A DNA stretch of 63,681 bases, the filler included, from Bigelowiella natans CCMP2755 (Eukaryota > Protista > Cercozoa): the NCBI GenBank assembly GCA_000320545.1. It is 8 parts of 8 records of this genome, joined end to end, with 100 filler letters (N's around TTAATTAATTAA, not from the genome) between each part and the next. Parts side by side here need not be neighbours in the genome. Positions count along the whole stretch, not along the records: positions 1 to 23,360 come from ADNK01000740.1; 7 more parts are not named here. One strand, written 5' to 3'. Of the stretch, positions 1 through 14,363 are shown in pieces. The translations under genes were made by a program, and so were the position numbers. The notes beneath the pieces are model-generated. The model was not told where the DNA came from and searched no databases. It was given only the letters and a program-made list of their open reading frames with translations. Each line of letters opens with the position of its first letter. Position 1 is the stretch's first letter.

Positions 1-231
1 CTCTCTCTGTCATACTCTCACATATTATAATGTTATATGTGCGCGTACGTGCGTGCGTGTGTCCAATATGTTATTATTATGTCCACAACCGAGAGATGTT
101 GAAATGATCTATCGAGTTGATGAAATTTTCCCCCGCTCGGTCATTTCCAGGATTGCTGGGGTTCATAAAGCACACACATGTGCACGATGGCACAAACACA
201 ACAACACATAGTCATAATATTATATCATAAC

Positions 232-283
<52 letters not shown>

Positions 284-599
284 CGAAGCAACAAATCTTA
301 ACAGAAAGTTGTAATCGATGACATATCCAACCGCCAGAGCCTACCGTGAATGAGCTTCTTACGAATACAAAAACGCAATAGCTACACAAAAAGGAGCGCC
401 TCGCGTCCGCATTACTCTGATGTGACTATTCCCCAGCCTGCCTGCTTTTGGCCTTCAGGGACGAAACACCCGAGCTTGTAAATACCTTAATCATTACCAA
501 CTTCGATAATAAGCGTCGCCATTATCATCACCATCACCATCATCATCATCACTCTCTTTGTCTTCTCCTTCTTCTTAATTCGCAACAACAATGTGATAA

Positions 600-770
600 G
601 AGGAAAGAGGGCTAGCGTAACAGATGTTTGACAGGTTCTCCATGGATCTTCTTAGTGTTGCTGTTTTGCTACAGCACCTGCTCTCGAGAGGCACGAGATA
701 AATGGGTCAGCAGCAACCTGTACCAGAAGAGAATATATAGGGAATCAATCACAGCCAAAAGCACCACCAC

Positions 771-807
<37 letters not shown>

Positions 808-1094
808 TCATAGTATCACTTGTCTTTCTCCTTCTTCCACCAGATAATACACAGCAGTCCTCCTTCTCTCCCTCTCTCTCGCTCTCTCTTCGGATTCGAT
901 ACTACTACTTGCTACCACGACTAAGACTACTAGCTGGTATTAGTAGTGTGAAACGACTACCTTGTCGCACCACGGTTTGAAATTATCCACCGAGACCGCC
1001 TACCATCACCATTATTATTATTATTATTATTGTTGTTGTTGTTGTTGTTACCACGGTCTCATGGCTACTTAGGATTGGTATTTTATACGCACAA

Positions 1095-1127
<33 letters not shown>

Positions 1128-1442
1128 AATATGAAAGGGTTCTATACACTAATATATTCTAGGTCGACAATGGCCAACAACACCGTCTCTGATGCAAACG
1201 CCGCAAGCCATCTGGAGCTGCCACCTGACACATCATAGTCATAACACGAGTAGCAATCAGACTATCATCCTCATCACCATCATCACCATCACCATCACCA
1301 TCACCCTCCCCTCCCCTCCTATGCCTTCTTATATGGATAATTACCGGCCCCCCACTCGTAGTAGTCTTTGGTTTTAAATTTATCTGTTTTGGAATGAAGG
1401 AGGTGGGGATAGGAGAAGGTGGTGAGACGAAATAATGAGTTA

Positions 1443-1512
<70 letters not shown>

Positions 1513-1787
1513 GAACCAATGTCTTAAAGAGCATTTCCAGCTCGTCACCCCACATTGCTGGGGAAACGACATCTGACAACAAACAATGACAAAATAGTAG
1601 TAGTGGTAGTAGTAGTAGGAACAAATGCGAGAAAGTACATGAAAACGTTCAATCCTGTCGCGCAACGATCGATCGCTCGCGGTGATATTCGATATAAATA
1701 TAAACAGGTCTATGAACGAATGCTTTATGCATGTAGCAGCCAGTTGAAGCAAGCAAAAAAAGAAGGAGACACAGCACACAACACACA

Positions 1788-1826
<39 letters not shown>

Positions 1827-2554
1827 CTAAGGAAGCGTCTGATCTCTTGTAGTTTCTCAAAGGCCCCTGATGACGAGGATAGAAGAGTAAGGAAGTAGTT
1901 GTGGGCAAACAAGTAACCATTGGCCACTCCTCCCAATCGGCGACGCATCATCATTCTCTTTGGACAACGACGTATGTAGTTGCTAGGAGAGGGACTATAA
2001 GCTGCCCTTGCTTGCTAAGATGGCTGACAGCCTCGATACTGTTGATGTCGCACATCCTCACCCTCCTCCTAACTCCGCTATTTTCATGAGGATTGTTCGC
2101 ACAATCCTATCCTTTCTCTCCCCCCCCCCCCGCTTCCTTAACCATCTCTTCACTTGACCTTAGACATCACTTCTTTACATTGCCGTGCAGGTAGGAACTC
2201 CAGTATTAAATCGTTGAGATATTCGAACTAATGACATGGTAAAGTAGTAGTGGTAAGTAGCGGTAAGTAGCAGCAGTAGTGTTAATTATCTAGTCGTTGT
2301 TGTAGTTGTGGTGTCAGGACACCATCATCATCACATCCCCTAGAAAAATGTGGAGATCAAAGACGTGTGATTTACAGCACAAATGCACACGATGATAACG
2401 ATGTCATGAGCATACTGCACAGACTTGTTTCATAGCACTCTCTCTGTTTGGTGGAAAGAATATGTCCCCCACGTATCCGTCCTCGTCATTTACAGCTGCC
2501 CCCTCCATAAACCAAGACTGAGGCAAACGCCCAAGCGCGCACAAACACACACAA

Positions 2555-2590
<36 letters not shown>

Positions 2591-3827
2591 ATGATACCAA
2601 GAAGAAGCTTGTAACGGTGTGATGACCGACTTGACTGACAAATTTCTCGCACTTAATCAGTATGGGGACGGAAGGGGCGGCTATACACACATACGTACAT
2701 ACATACATACAACACACCTTGCAAGTTGGTGAAGGTGCCATACCACTTTTCCTTCAGTCAAAAAACACACCAAAAGCACATCATATCCAATCTTGGCTTC
2801 GTACAAGACCTCAATTAACGGGTCTTCTTCATCTCCGAACGGAACTCAAATCCATGTCATAATAAGCAAATTACGTCATAGTTATTACCCTTCAGATATC
2901 TTGAACTTTTTGATGTCGATGCACACTCTCTGTTCTAGGAGATCATTGCGTGTCGAGGAGGGCTCTTCATGCGATTTCGTACCTTGCCCTTCATAGATGC
3001 CAAGGTAATATAAATCATGCGTGCTCATATTTTGACTTTAGCGTTAGCACATCGAGAAAAACAATCAGGATGTTGTTGCTACGGTTACTGTGAATGTTGC
3101 TAGTGTTGGTGGTGTCTCAAATTTAAACTACAAACAAATAACCTTTAGTCAGCTCTGCTCCATCGTCCGTGGGAGAAGAGGAAGAGGAAGATGAGGATGA
3201 GGATGCCAAATTTTCCTGCTGCTGCAGCAGTTGATTTATTAAAAGAAGAAGACAGAGGTGGTGTCAAAACTTGGCATTGTTATCAACATCATTTATTCAT
3301 CCGACGGAGCAACTACCTTTGATGGGGCACCCTCCATCTCATATTTGATCCCAGCAGCTTCGAGAATAGCTTGCAGTCGTTCCTTCTCCTTGATCTCCTG
3401 CTCTAGTGTTTCATGTAGCTGTGCTATCTCCTTTTCGAATTTAGTAGCAGACACACGTAACCCCTATCAGTTTGACGACTTCTGGTATATAACAACATCG
3501 AAAGTTGGCTGGCATGCAACCCAAGCACACCACACAATGTTTGGAATATAAATTTGGACTATTCGAACAACACAGTGACAAGTCGTAACCTTCTCAGCAA
3601 ACTCGTACGGGAAGCCACCCTCTGTGGATCCAGTTTGAGACACATTGTGATTGAGTTCATATACAGTTTTACCTAGTATCACCCAGAAGGGAATCGCCCA
3701 TACATAAGCTGTACATACGTTTGCGACAGGCATCTATTACTATTGACACATCCCACCTATCGTGAGCAGCGATAGGCCTGCTAACACAACCGTCAAAGCA
3801 ACGATCCACGGCCGCAAAGGACTCATG
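600..3827 (-). CDS. Multi-exon gene of unknown function with a hydrophobic N-terminus; 3' end approximate
   Basis: ATG at ~3827 gives MSPLRPWIVALTVVLAGLSLLTI before a GT donor. Further coding-like exons (IEKEIAQLHETLEQEIKEKERLQAILEAAGIKYE; VPFGDEEDPLIEVLYEAK) are separated by short SSR-rich introns. Confidence 0.45.
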
Positions 3828-4083
3828 GAGCAGTCCCAGGCGAAGATCTTATCGATTGCCAACCGACGACTTCGGATTTCCTACGTCGCTGCCGTGAAAT
3901 GATGGGTTCACCTAAACGTCCGGAGGTGTGTCTCTCGAGGGTCTCCAGGTTTTGGCCGGGATAGTGGATCCCACCCGAGAACAAGCATCGGTTTGTCAGG
4001 AGAACTGCGGCTGAATCATCAGGTTCTACTTGTACTGTGGAAGAGCTTTGTCAGGAGGAGGAACATCAAGAAGCTTCTAGGGT

Positions 4084-4185
4084 TTTGTCAGGGGTTTGAA
4101 CGCCTGCTGGGCCGATTTTGGCCCTAAAGACAACTTTGTCAGGGGTTTGAACGCCCGCTGAGCCGATTTTGGCCCTAAAGACAAC
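4084..4185. repeat. 51-bp tandem duplication in the divergent intergenic region
   Basis: tttgtcaggggtttgaacgcc(t/c)gctg(g/a)gccgattttggccctaaagacaac occurs at 4084 and 4135. Confidence 0.9.
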
Positions 4186-4529
4186 ACGGACAAAGTAACA
4201 AATTCTAAAAATCTCATGCGTTTTCATGATTTCAGTAAATACCCATCTCTGCCGATTGGGGGAGCGAGCTTCTTCCTAAATTACTTTAACATCTTCCGAA
4301 ATTGCTACGATTGTTTGTCGCGAGCCTGCTTACGGGTGAAATCGCCTGCGTAGTGAACAAATCGACGGTAATATCAGGGACTTCCGAGCGAGGATACGAG
4401 TTGTGGCACTAGGGTTCCTGCATCAATTCTCAAAATGCCCGTCCACACGCAGCCCTCCTCTACGTTCACCGACGCTAAGGTCTAAAGTTACATTAATTAG
4501 TGTGCGAGGGATCAACTCATTGTTGAATC

Positions 4530-5778
4530 ATGGCAATAAAGGCGCCTGGAGGAATTAAAGGTGGCATAGAACTCGAAGCGAAGAAGCCGCTTTTGAAGGA
4601 TGGTGGTGCTCGAGATATCGATGAACGTAAAGCAAAAGAGTTACATGCGTTGATTCTACCATTTGACAAACTATTCTTTGATAGTCCTCGAAGAGCAGCT
4701 TCCGGAGAAGCTGAAGCAATTTCTACAAAAGTAATACATATTTCGAATCTCAACAACTGCAAGCAGATCTTCTCTTGACATCATTCTCCCCGACCCTCTC
4801 ATTACACATGTGACTTGCTGCTAGGCCCATGAGTTCTCATAAAGATATCCCAGGGCTAATTCATCCCAAGAATAACAAATGCTTCATTGGATGCCTCTCA
4901 TGCTTGTTCCCTTGCGCTTACTGCTGCTGCCTGACGGAGCAAGTTGTCCAAGAAGGACAAATCGGATTTTCATGGAGACAGGAGGAACCTCATGTCAGAA
5001 CGTCTTCCTCATTTTTCATTTGTTCTCCATGCCTGAATTCTGGCCTAATATTTACTAGGTTCTTGATGCAGGTTGGCACTGGTAAAGATCAGTATTTTAA
5101 GCGCCAATATCCGTACCTGTGCTGATCCTGCAATTTGGTCCCCTCCCCCCCGCCATATATTAGCTGGCTGGACATATTTCATAAATTCGAGCGGACTGAG
5201 CAGCTCACAACGCAGCACATTCGCCATGGTCCTATTCATATCATTCGAGTGGAGAAGGGGAAACTAGGTCAATGACGCTTTCACAGGCCGAACTAACCAC
5301 CTTGCCGAACATTGCGTCAAAGCCTTTTAGGGAGGAGGGGGATTGAATGACGGTTGCTGACAATTTTCAGGATTCGCTATGGATACTTCGACTGGAAGTC
5401 CAATGCTTCTCACGGCTGGAACTCATTACATTCGAAAGGCAGAGTTTAAGTGGGGGTCGTTTCTTGACCTTAGCCAAGGAGTGAACAGCTTAGGCGCGCT
5501 TAAACTTATACGAGTTGACAGGGGGCAGGTGACAAAAGGCCCGTATACGACACATCTCCATAGCTATTCACGCGCACATGCACGCATATCCACCAACGAA
5601 GGTGTGCGATCTGCAGCACCGAGAACACTGTCTATGTGTCTATGCGCGAGGAGTGTGTGTCTGTGCGTTTTAGGTTGCTTACTACTACAAAGAAGGGGAG
5701 CTCGAGATCTTGAATCCGGGTACGACTAGTAGTCTCTAGATATCTTGCATCTACTACCATATATCATGTAACTCAATG

Positions 5779-5823
<45 letters not shown>

Positions 5824-6001
5824 CTTTAGGACTGCACGTTATCGCCCCTCCAGACCGATTTGGTGGGTTCTTGTCGACTCAGCTCCAGCTAATGGATTTA
5901 CCGAAGCAGGTTCATGAAAGTGCAGGTTGTACCACTTAGAAACACACTAGTAGTACATTCTTCTATTGCATCTTGAGATAGTAGGTTCTTGAATGAATTC
6001 T

Positions 6002-6041
<40 letters not shown>

Positions 6042-6321
6042 GAATTTCTGTTTGTCCCACCCCCCCCCTCTCCCCATTTTAATCCCTCGCAGACTATGTG
6101 CAGCTGTCAATCGATGCGGTAAAAATTGAATCTCGGTGATAATATTGAGTGAGGTGTGAGCAAATGCATTTGTTATTCACTAGGATGTGCTCTACTGCAT
6201 TCGTGACCCGAAAAGGGCTTTGCTACGAGTAGATAACATGGAAAAGCTGATCCGCAAAACAGCTCTTTCCACTCTTGCAGGCATCATCCGGTCTTCTCAT
6301 CTTTCTGAGGTAAGCATTCGA

Positions 6322-6359
<38 letters not shown>

Positions 6360-6546
6360 ATGTATTATGTTTCACCTGATGCCTCAACAAGCACTCTCTT
6401 ATTGTAAAGGTTGCAGGAAGTCGTAAGGCGACTTTCTCGGAGTCGAAAGATTCCAAAGGTGATGACGATTACGTCTGCTGTGTTTTGCTGCTGTGTAGTA
6501 TAATAACTTGAGACCTTTTTCGAAGCGATGTTCTCCGTGGGGGAGT

Positions 6547-6590
<44 letters not shown>

Positions 6591-7988
6591 TGTGTGTTTG
6601 GTTAAGATGATGACGGAGCTTTCTATTGTACGAAAGGAGCTGTTAGCGAAAAGGAAGATTTCACGCCATCCGCGCCCTCCTTCCAACAGAAAGTCCACGA
6701 CGAATTTCTCAAAGAGCTACACGATTATATGATAAAAGACTTGGGTGTGGAGGTGTCCAACATTCGCATCAATGACTTAAGGTTTCATCAATTCCAAGCA
6801 CGTAGTAGTAGCCTGACGGTCACAACAGCTCAGAACGAACGTGTGCGTTTGTTGTGTTTGTTGTGTCTACCGCAATGTTAGGATCGCGGATCATACACTT
6901 GCCACTAAAATATCGAAGGAGTCGATCAAGATAGCGGAGCAAGAGGCAGAATATCGTACTGACTTCTTCTTGAGCCAATCTATGAATTGCGTGAAGATGC
7001 AATAATAATAAAACCCCATCCAAGCGAATTCCGTCTCAGATGCGAAACTGCACTCAATTGCCTCACAACAGTGAATCGTTTAGTAAACGCCGCTTACTTG
7101 AATTTGGTCTTATATCATTACTAAGGTATGCTGCAAAAGGAGGCTGATATTCGCACGGTGCGGGCGAACAACCTCGCCCTCGAAGTAAGGATAAAGGTGC
7201 TCATCATCGCAAGAACGTTAAAACTATACAATGATCTGAAGTGCATTTGAAGGAGTCGACAACTACTTTGAAACAAAAAACAAAAAAACCTATTCTACAT
7301 CCACTGCTGTGATTGCGGCCCTTTCTCTTCTTCTTATTGGCTTTGGCACTTACTGGCTGGCTTTTAGGCACAAGCTAGTGCTGACGAGAAAAAGATACTG
7401 GTCCAGGCTGAAAACGACACCAGAATCGCGAGAGCAAAAGCAAGCGCGAAATCAGTCGAAATCGAGGTGGCGCAGTTGTTTGTTCACCCTAGCGTAATAA
7501 GAGGGGGGAAAACCCATCTATTCCCATGGTTGGTTGACTACCACAATATTTCCAAAGGCCAAAGCAAAAGCTGATGCGCTTGAAGTGATGGCGAAATCAC
7601 GAAAGGTATATCAGCAGCCTTCCTTTTGACACAAAACAGTAAGGATAGCAAGGAACATGCTAAATAAGGTACTTCGCAGGTTGAGAGTGTGTTGATGGCC
7701 GAGGGCAAGCAAAGCACAATCCTTCTCGAGGCAGAGGCCAAACGAAAAGCTCGAGTGATGATGGGAGAGGCAGATGAAAAATATGCTAAAATGGTGCGTT
7801 GTCACCATTCTCATCATCATCATCTCACTTATCAGATTCTGCAAATAAATTATATTATATTATATATATATTCGACAAAGAGTGTACTGAATGCTCTTTA
7901 CTTCCTACTCCTTCGTGAATAAGGTCGGCTCGACCCAGGCCGGATTAAGTTTAGCTCAAATGGAAATTCAGAAGGATTCTCTCAAGGG

Positions 7989-8024
<36 letters not shown>

Positions 8025-8192
8025 ACACCATCATCATCAGACTACCATGTTGCTCCTTGCCGTGTCTAAATCTAGCTTTTGTCCTTAAATAATCGCAAAG
8101 GTTTGGGTAAGGTTGCGTACGTGCCCCATCTTCCAAAGCTACTTGACGACATGGCTCTGCAGGTGTCCAACCCTGCTCACTATTTGCTATAG
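4530..8192 (+). CDS. SPFH/band-7 (stomatin-like) protein, roughly 20 exons
   Basis: Exons read by eye: VVQEGQIGFSW, LKLIRVDRGQ, GLHVIAPP, DYVQLSIDA, DVLYCIRDPKRALLRVDNMEKLIRKTALSTLAGIIRS, LGVEVSNIRIND, then Ala/Glu coiled coil (AEGKQSTILLEAEAKRKA). TAG at 8190-8192. Confidence 0.85.
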
Positions 8193-9399
8193 AGAGCAAA
8201 GACGACGATGTGTAAATCTGTATAGAACATGGCATAATTTACTGTGCCTATTGCGTATCGATCCAGTAAGTTTGATAGCTCAGCTTATTTTGTTTCCTCC
8301 CTTTTTCCGTCGCAGTTCATTTTGTGTGTACCTTTCATACATAATTGCTTGCAATTATAATAGACGCAGCTGGACAGTAATATTATATATGTGTATATTA
8401 GTCTACACTAATTACTTTGGTTTGTGCCATTTTTCGCTCGCGATCGTTTAATAGGTTAATGTAAACTCAACTGACCTTATGTCGAAGTAGAGTACTACTT
8501 GTAAGATGAGCAAGGTCTGCGGATGGCTAGATAGTAATCCCTCGCACATGTGACAGTCTAGCAGTATCAACCAGCATTTCATGGAGGCACAATGCTCATA
8601 TAGTCAGCAAACATCTCGTCTTGATGCTGGCGCCTAGATTACTACTATTGTCACATTGATCATCGGCGTTTATTCATTCACCATTGCATGCAGCATGTAA
8701 TAGCTCTAAATATCATTTAAGCGCGATGAAATACATGTCAACCAAGCTTCGAGGTGCCACCTATCTAGATATCGATGCGATGTGCTAATAAGCATCTTTC
8801 ATGATATGCGCATTCATTCAGACGGCCTAGGGGTAAATGCGGGTCATGACAAACGGCATTGTTTTCAGCAAGCTGGAATGATAAAGGAAAATAACATTTT
8901 ATTTGAAGCATGAGACAACTGTTACTTTTCCAGTCGCCACATTCGCTCTAGCTACTCCTGGCATGATTCTCCAATTGCGTAATTAATCTCGGAAAGTGTA
9001 CATCTATCTCTTCGAACATCTACCGATGAATTTAATCATGCATTTATTTACACAGAAGGTACATGCCAATTGTTAAATTCTAAATGCAAATACTTCAGGT
9101 TGTATGTGCATCTCCTACATGTTTGGAAGCATCACTATGTTAATGAATACAACAAAAAATCAAGTAATTTTTGGCTAGTGTAGATGGATGTGTGCATTCT
9201 TTGATTTCTCCTCACTTTTTCCTACTCTCTCTTTACATACTAGGTGAAACAACATGTTCTATACATGGCCACATGAGGATAATGTAATTCTTACAAATGT
9301 CTAGCTTCTTATGCAAACATTAAAAAACTACTCCGTCAGCTGGGAAGTTGGTAACTATGTTGGACAATTCTACTACTAAAATCTTTCACGCATATGATT

Positions 9400-9728
9400 G
9401 TGTGCCTGCTAAATAGATTAAAATGAGAAGTAACACGCCCCCTTGGACGATCTTGGCGTGATCGATGATTTTGTTCGAATGCAGACGGAATACATAGCAA
9501 ACATTGCCGCATAGCAGCAAAGAATTGGAGTCTCAAGAAGGCGCAACCGAGCAGCATACATAGCTTCTGTTTCTGGTATAAACTCATTATATTTCGATGT
9601 TCTATTCGCCTCCAATTGCGGTGGCTGCTTTCTCCATTGCGCGCATGCGTTCCTGCGTAGCAGCAGCAAACACGATGAATGATTCACGCCAATCCCCTTG
9701 AAAAGTACTACATGGAAAATAACACACA

Positions 9729-9760
<32 letters not shown>

Positions 9761-10800
9761 CACACTGCTTCTTCTTCTTCTCCTTCTTCTTCTTCTTCTT
9801 CTTCTTCTCCAACTACCACTACTAATATACTTATCATTTATTGCAATCATGTGGATGAAACAACCCATCTCTACGTGACGCTGTTGAAGGATGACTCCGC
9901 ACAATACAATACCTACCTCTTCTGTGAGCTCTTCCTCATCATCGTCGTCCTCTTCCATATCTTCATCATCACCATCCTTCTTCTTCTTCTTCTTCTTCTT
10001 CTGAGCATCGTCCACTTCGTCAGCTGAAGATGGCTCGGTGGCGCTAGTCGGTCCAGCTGCGTCCTCCTGACAAATAGACTTCAGTGAGGGGCTGCGCTTA
10101 ACAAAAAGCTGCGTATGATTATGTGCGGGTGGTGGCGTGCGTTTGTTTTCGAATCCCTCCTCTTTGCTCTAAAGCTGCTGTGTCAAAACCACGACGACCG
10201 TGTTCTCAGGGCTGTCAAGAAGCTCGAGCAGCTGTTCTTCTCGTTCCTGATATAGTCATGTGTCATCAGCAACCACCGCGGCGAAGAGTATGGGCGTTTA
10301 ATCGTGCTGTTCCGAAGTAAGTACTACTACTACTGCTGCTATTTGATGCATGCATTTCGATTTGGTTGGGGAATTCAAAGACAGGGATAACGAAGCTGAA
10401 GGAGGGGTAGTAGTAGAATAGTAGCAGCAGTAGCAGCAGCAATAGTAGTGGTAGCATACCTGCATCAGTTGCTCTCCTCGTGTGTCAAGGACGGTCTTCA
10501 TGGTTTCCATAGCCTGCTCCGTCTTACTTAGCGACGCCTCTTTTGCCTGACATTTGTCCAATAGTTGGAGATCGATCATCGATTTCATGTTTCCGGCAGC
10601 AGCAGCAGCAGCAGCAGGTTAAGATACAACTGTTTTCGAGCAGCACCGATGTAAAAGGTGGATGCTCGTATATCGTATGCGTGCTCTAGGTTTGCCCTCG
10701 TTCCACACCCCCACCCCGCCCTCCATTTCTCTCATCGAGGTTGATGTTTTCCATCTCATCATCATCACCATCATCATCGTCATCATCGTCATCATCGTAT
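9400..10800 (-). CDS. Probable multi-exon gene with Lys/acidic low-complexity region; unknown function
   Basis: Coding-like exons MKSMIDLQLLDKCQAKEASLSKTEQAMETMKTVLDTRGEQLMQ|GT and DAQKKKKKKKKDGDDEDMEEDDDDEEELTEE|GT. Boundaries approximate. Confidence 0.4.
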
Positions 10801-10868
10801 ACACTTGTTGTCGCCCTTTACTTCATCCTTCTTCTTCTTCTTCTTCTTCTTCTTCTTCTTCATCTTCT

Positions 10869-10925
<57 letters not shown>

Positions 10926-11259
10926 GTTTTCTCACTTTCAAAGCCTGTTTCTCCAACTCGATCGCCTTGAACGGATGAATTAACGAACGACAAGAGAAGG
11001 GGAAGAAATGGAGGAGGGCGGATCAGAGCATATCGTGCGACTTAAAACGTTTGGAATGGCGGCAAGAACAACACGACCGACTGTACTATGGGTTCGCAAA
11101 ATAAGAATTACTTCAAATGCTGCAATGTGGAGTTTCTAGCACCGTTTCATCATCATCATCATCACTAATCCATAAATTATCACACAATTCGTACTCTACA
11201 GGACTACAGCTAAGAGGTACCGCAGCGGCTGCTTGTGGGGCGAAGAAGCTGTCTAAAGA

Positions 11260-11306
<47 letters not shown>

Positions 11307-11344
11307 TCAAATAGGATCATCATCATCATCATTAACACATCGTC

Positions 11345-12085
11345 TTAATCTCCATCATCATCACCATCATAATGGTCTGTTTGCGATAACCACCGATTTC
11401 GAATTAAGGTGACAAAAGAATACGTATCATATGCTTGAAACAAAAAGCTTTGGGTGAATAAACCCTTCCTGATATCACATAAATTAGGAATACTACTGCC
11501 AGTAGAAGTACTCTGATCACTGTTAGATGCCCTGGCTTTAACTGCGAGCTTCTCTTTTTCCAACGCCGACTGTAACAATGGTACAGAAACACCACAAGCA
11601 GCAAAACCCCGAGCAGAGAGAAGAACCACGATGGCGAATGTGAAAAGATTGTGCGACGAAGAACAAAACAACCATACTCCCCCCCCCCCTCCCCCCCTCT
11701 CTCTTTCACGAGAAAGTGAGGTGCGTGGAGTACGATTCGAGGGTTTGCATCCCTATTTCCGCTATTTTTCTAGGTAGTAAGACCCATGCCTCAGGGATTG
11801 TAATGCCCTTCATTTTCTTCTAAAATGGCCGCCACTAACTACTACTACTACTACTACTACTACTACTGCAACTAAATAATGTATATGGTGATGTTCCTGG
11901 CCTCACCTCCCGTGAATCTAAAGCCTCCGCTCGAAGAGTCAGTGATTGCTCGAGCTGTGTTAATTGGGGCACACGCACGCACACACACGCATGTTGGAGA
12001 GGTGTTGTAAGAGAGAGGAAGATACAATCGCCTATTCACTGCCTCACGCCTCCATGCCGTTCTCCAGAAAACGACCGAAGACCGT

Positions 12086-12117
<32 letters not shown>

Positions 12118-12187
12118 GATGACTGCTGCTGCGAATGTGCAACATCTCATTGTGTCCCTGCTACGGCTACACTTACTACCGACTGAC

Positions 12188-12230
<43 letters not shown>

Positions 12231-12682
12231 ATCGATCCATCACCTGGGAAAGCATTTTCTCCATATCTTCAAGCCCCTTTTGCTTTTTCTCTGTCAAGTC
12301 CTTCCGTGCTTCGATGTCCGTCTGAAGAGTCTGAAGCTCCTCCTCCCAATCCTATCATAATAATTAATAATAGAGGTGATAATAACAATAATCATAATAA
12401 TGATAATAATAAGAATATGCTATTGCACCTCGATCATGCTCTCGCTTTTCTCCGCTAATTATCGATTATTCGCGTTAAGACTACGACCTTCAGTGCCGTG
12501 CGATTTTGGTTCAAATACAAGATTTCTTTCTCCATGAAAGAGGACTTGTTCTTGAGCTCCTTTCGCGTCTCGATTATGGTCTTTCGCACAGGATCCACAA
12601 TCTACGATGAACGAAGCACAGTAAGCACCCACGGAATAATAACAGATGACTTAAACGTCTCGCTGATAAGAAGAAAAGAGAA

Positions 12683-12723
<41 letters not shown>

Positions 12724-13863
12724 TCTGTCGTTACTCGTGTGTTGTTGTTTTGAGCGCCTTCCACTTTCCCCCCCTCCCCTCTTTTGGCGGGCGCATCGTG
12801 GTTTTATGAATACAGGCATGGTTTGATGACGAGCAATCCGCAACCACCTGAATACGCTCAATGTCCGAGGCGAAAGAGGTCTGATGTGACTTGAGGATCT
12901 CATGAATGCCCAGAATCAACTTCTCGCGCACCTGGGGAGGAGGATGACGGAAACAACGACGACGACGACGATGATGATGATACATCAGAAAAATAGCGAG
13001 AAGAATGGTAACATAAGACTCCAAGATCTCCCCCTCATCACCTCGGTGTAGTCCGCTAGCAAGATGCTTTTCGTGTAGCACGACAACCAGATGTTTGCAC
13101 TATCACCAATATCGAAGATCGTCCAACGTTCAGATCATAATAAATGTATTAACAAAACGATGAACATGATGATAATAACAATGGTGCTCATAGCAAGCAA
13201 TACTGACCGGAGAGCAGCAGCAAGTGTTGCAATATCATCATGTGGATAAATGGTAGTAATGGATAGTGATATACCTATATGGTGTAATGTCCCTCAGCCT
13301 CGCCAATCTGTGCATTCGTGGATCGATGTCCTGTTCGTTCATAAACAACATACCACCCGCTTACATCTCCTTTCCCTCGAAACAACGCGCTGCGACAAGC
13401 GTATGAAGGAACGAGAGCACCCACCCACATACACACACAGAGAGAGAGAGAGAGATCGTATAAAACAACACATACAGCATCAAGATCACTGCACCACATG
13501 AAGTGCGGACACCACCTCATCGTTCTGTATCAACTCCCGAATTTCATCTAAAATGAACGGGTATTTGTCGGAGTCTCGAATCTGGAGAGAGGGGGAGAGA
13601 GAGAGAGAGAGAGAAGAGAGAGAAGAGAGAGGTGAGTTGAAATATTAGCTGCGAATGTAATGCGGAGGCCCACTGCAACATGTGCTGTATTATCTGTATG
13701 GACCGCCGCCAAAAAAACGCAAAGAGTTTCGGAACAGCAAAGGTAAGATCATCATTGACTAGTAGTGGTGGTGGTGTATTGGTTTGCTCTCACCTTCAGT
13801 GGGATATCAAGTAGAATCCGCCGATTTGTCATCCGAGACGCGTTAATGATTTCTGTGCATTGC

Positions 13864-13896
<33 letters not shown>

Positions 13897-14328
13897 AATC
13901 ACCATTGTCATCACAACAATAATCTTGATGTACAAGAAGAACAAGAAGGAAGGACGATGGACTCCTGGTGTGCTGCCATTCGCCCACCACCATCTCCTCC
14001 TCCTCCTCCTCCCCGTATTATTATTCCCTCATGTCTTCTTCTGCCATCATATTATTTATTCTTGCGCTCTCTATTATTTTCCTCCTTATCGATCTCCTAC
14101 CAAGCGTTGATAGCTTTGCGTTCGGTATGTAGAGAGGCTGATTCAGAAACCCAGAGGAGGAGGAGGAGGAGGATTAGAAGAGGAAGAAGAAGAAGAAGAA
14201 AAAGAAGAAGAAGAATATGAGGAAGTGAAAAGAAAGGAAGCTAGTGAGGACATTATATGAACAATATGCATGGTACACATCTACTTCCCTTCAGCTGCCA
14301 AAGACGTACAAAGCGCAACAAAATAAAA

Positions 14329-14363
<35 letters not shown>

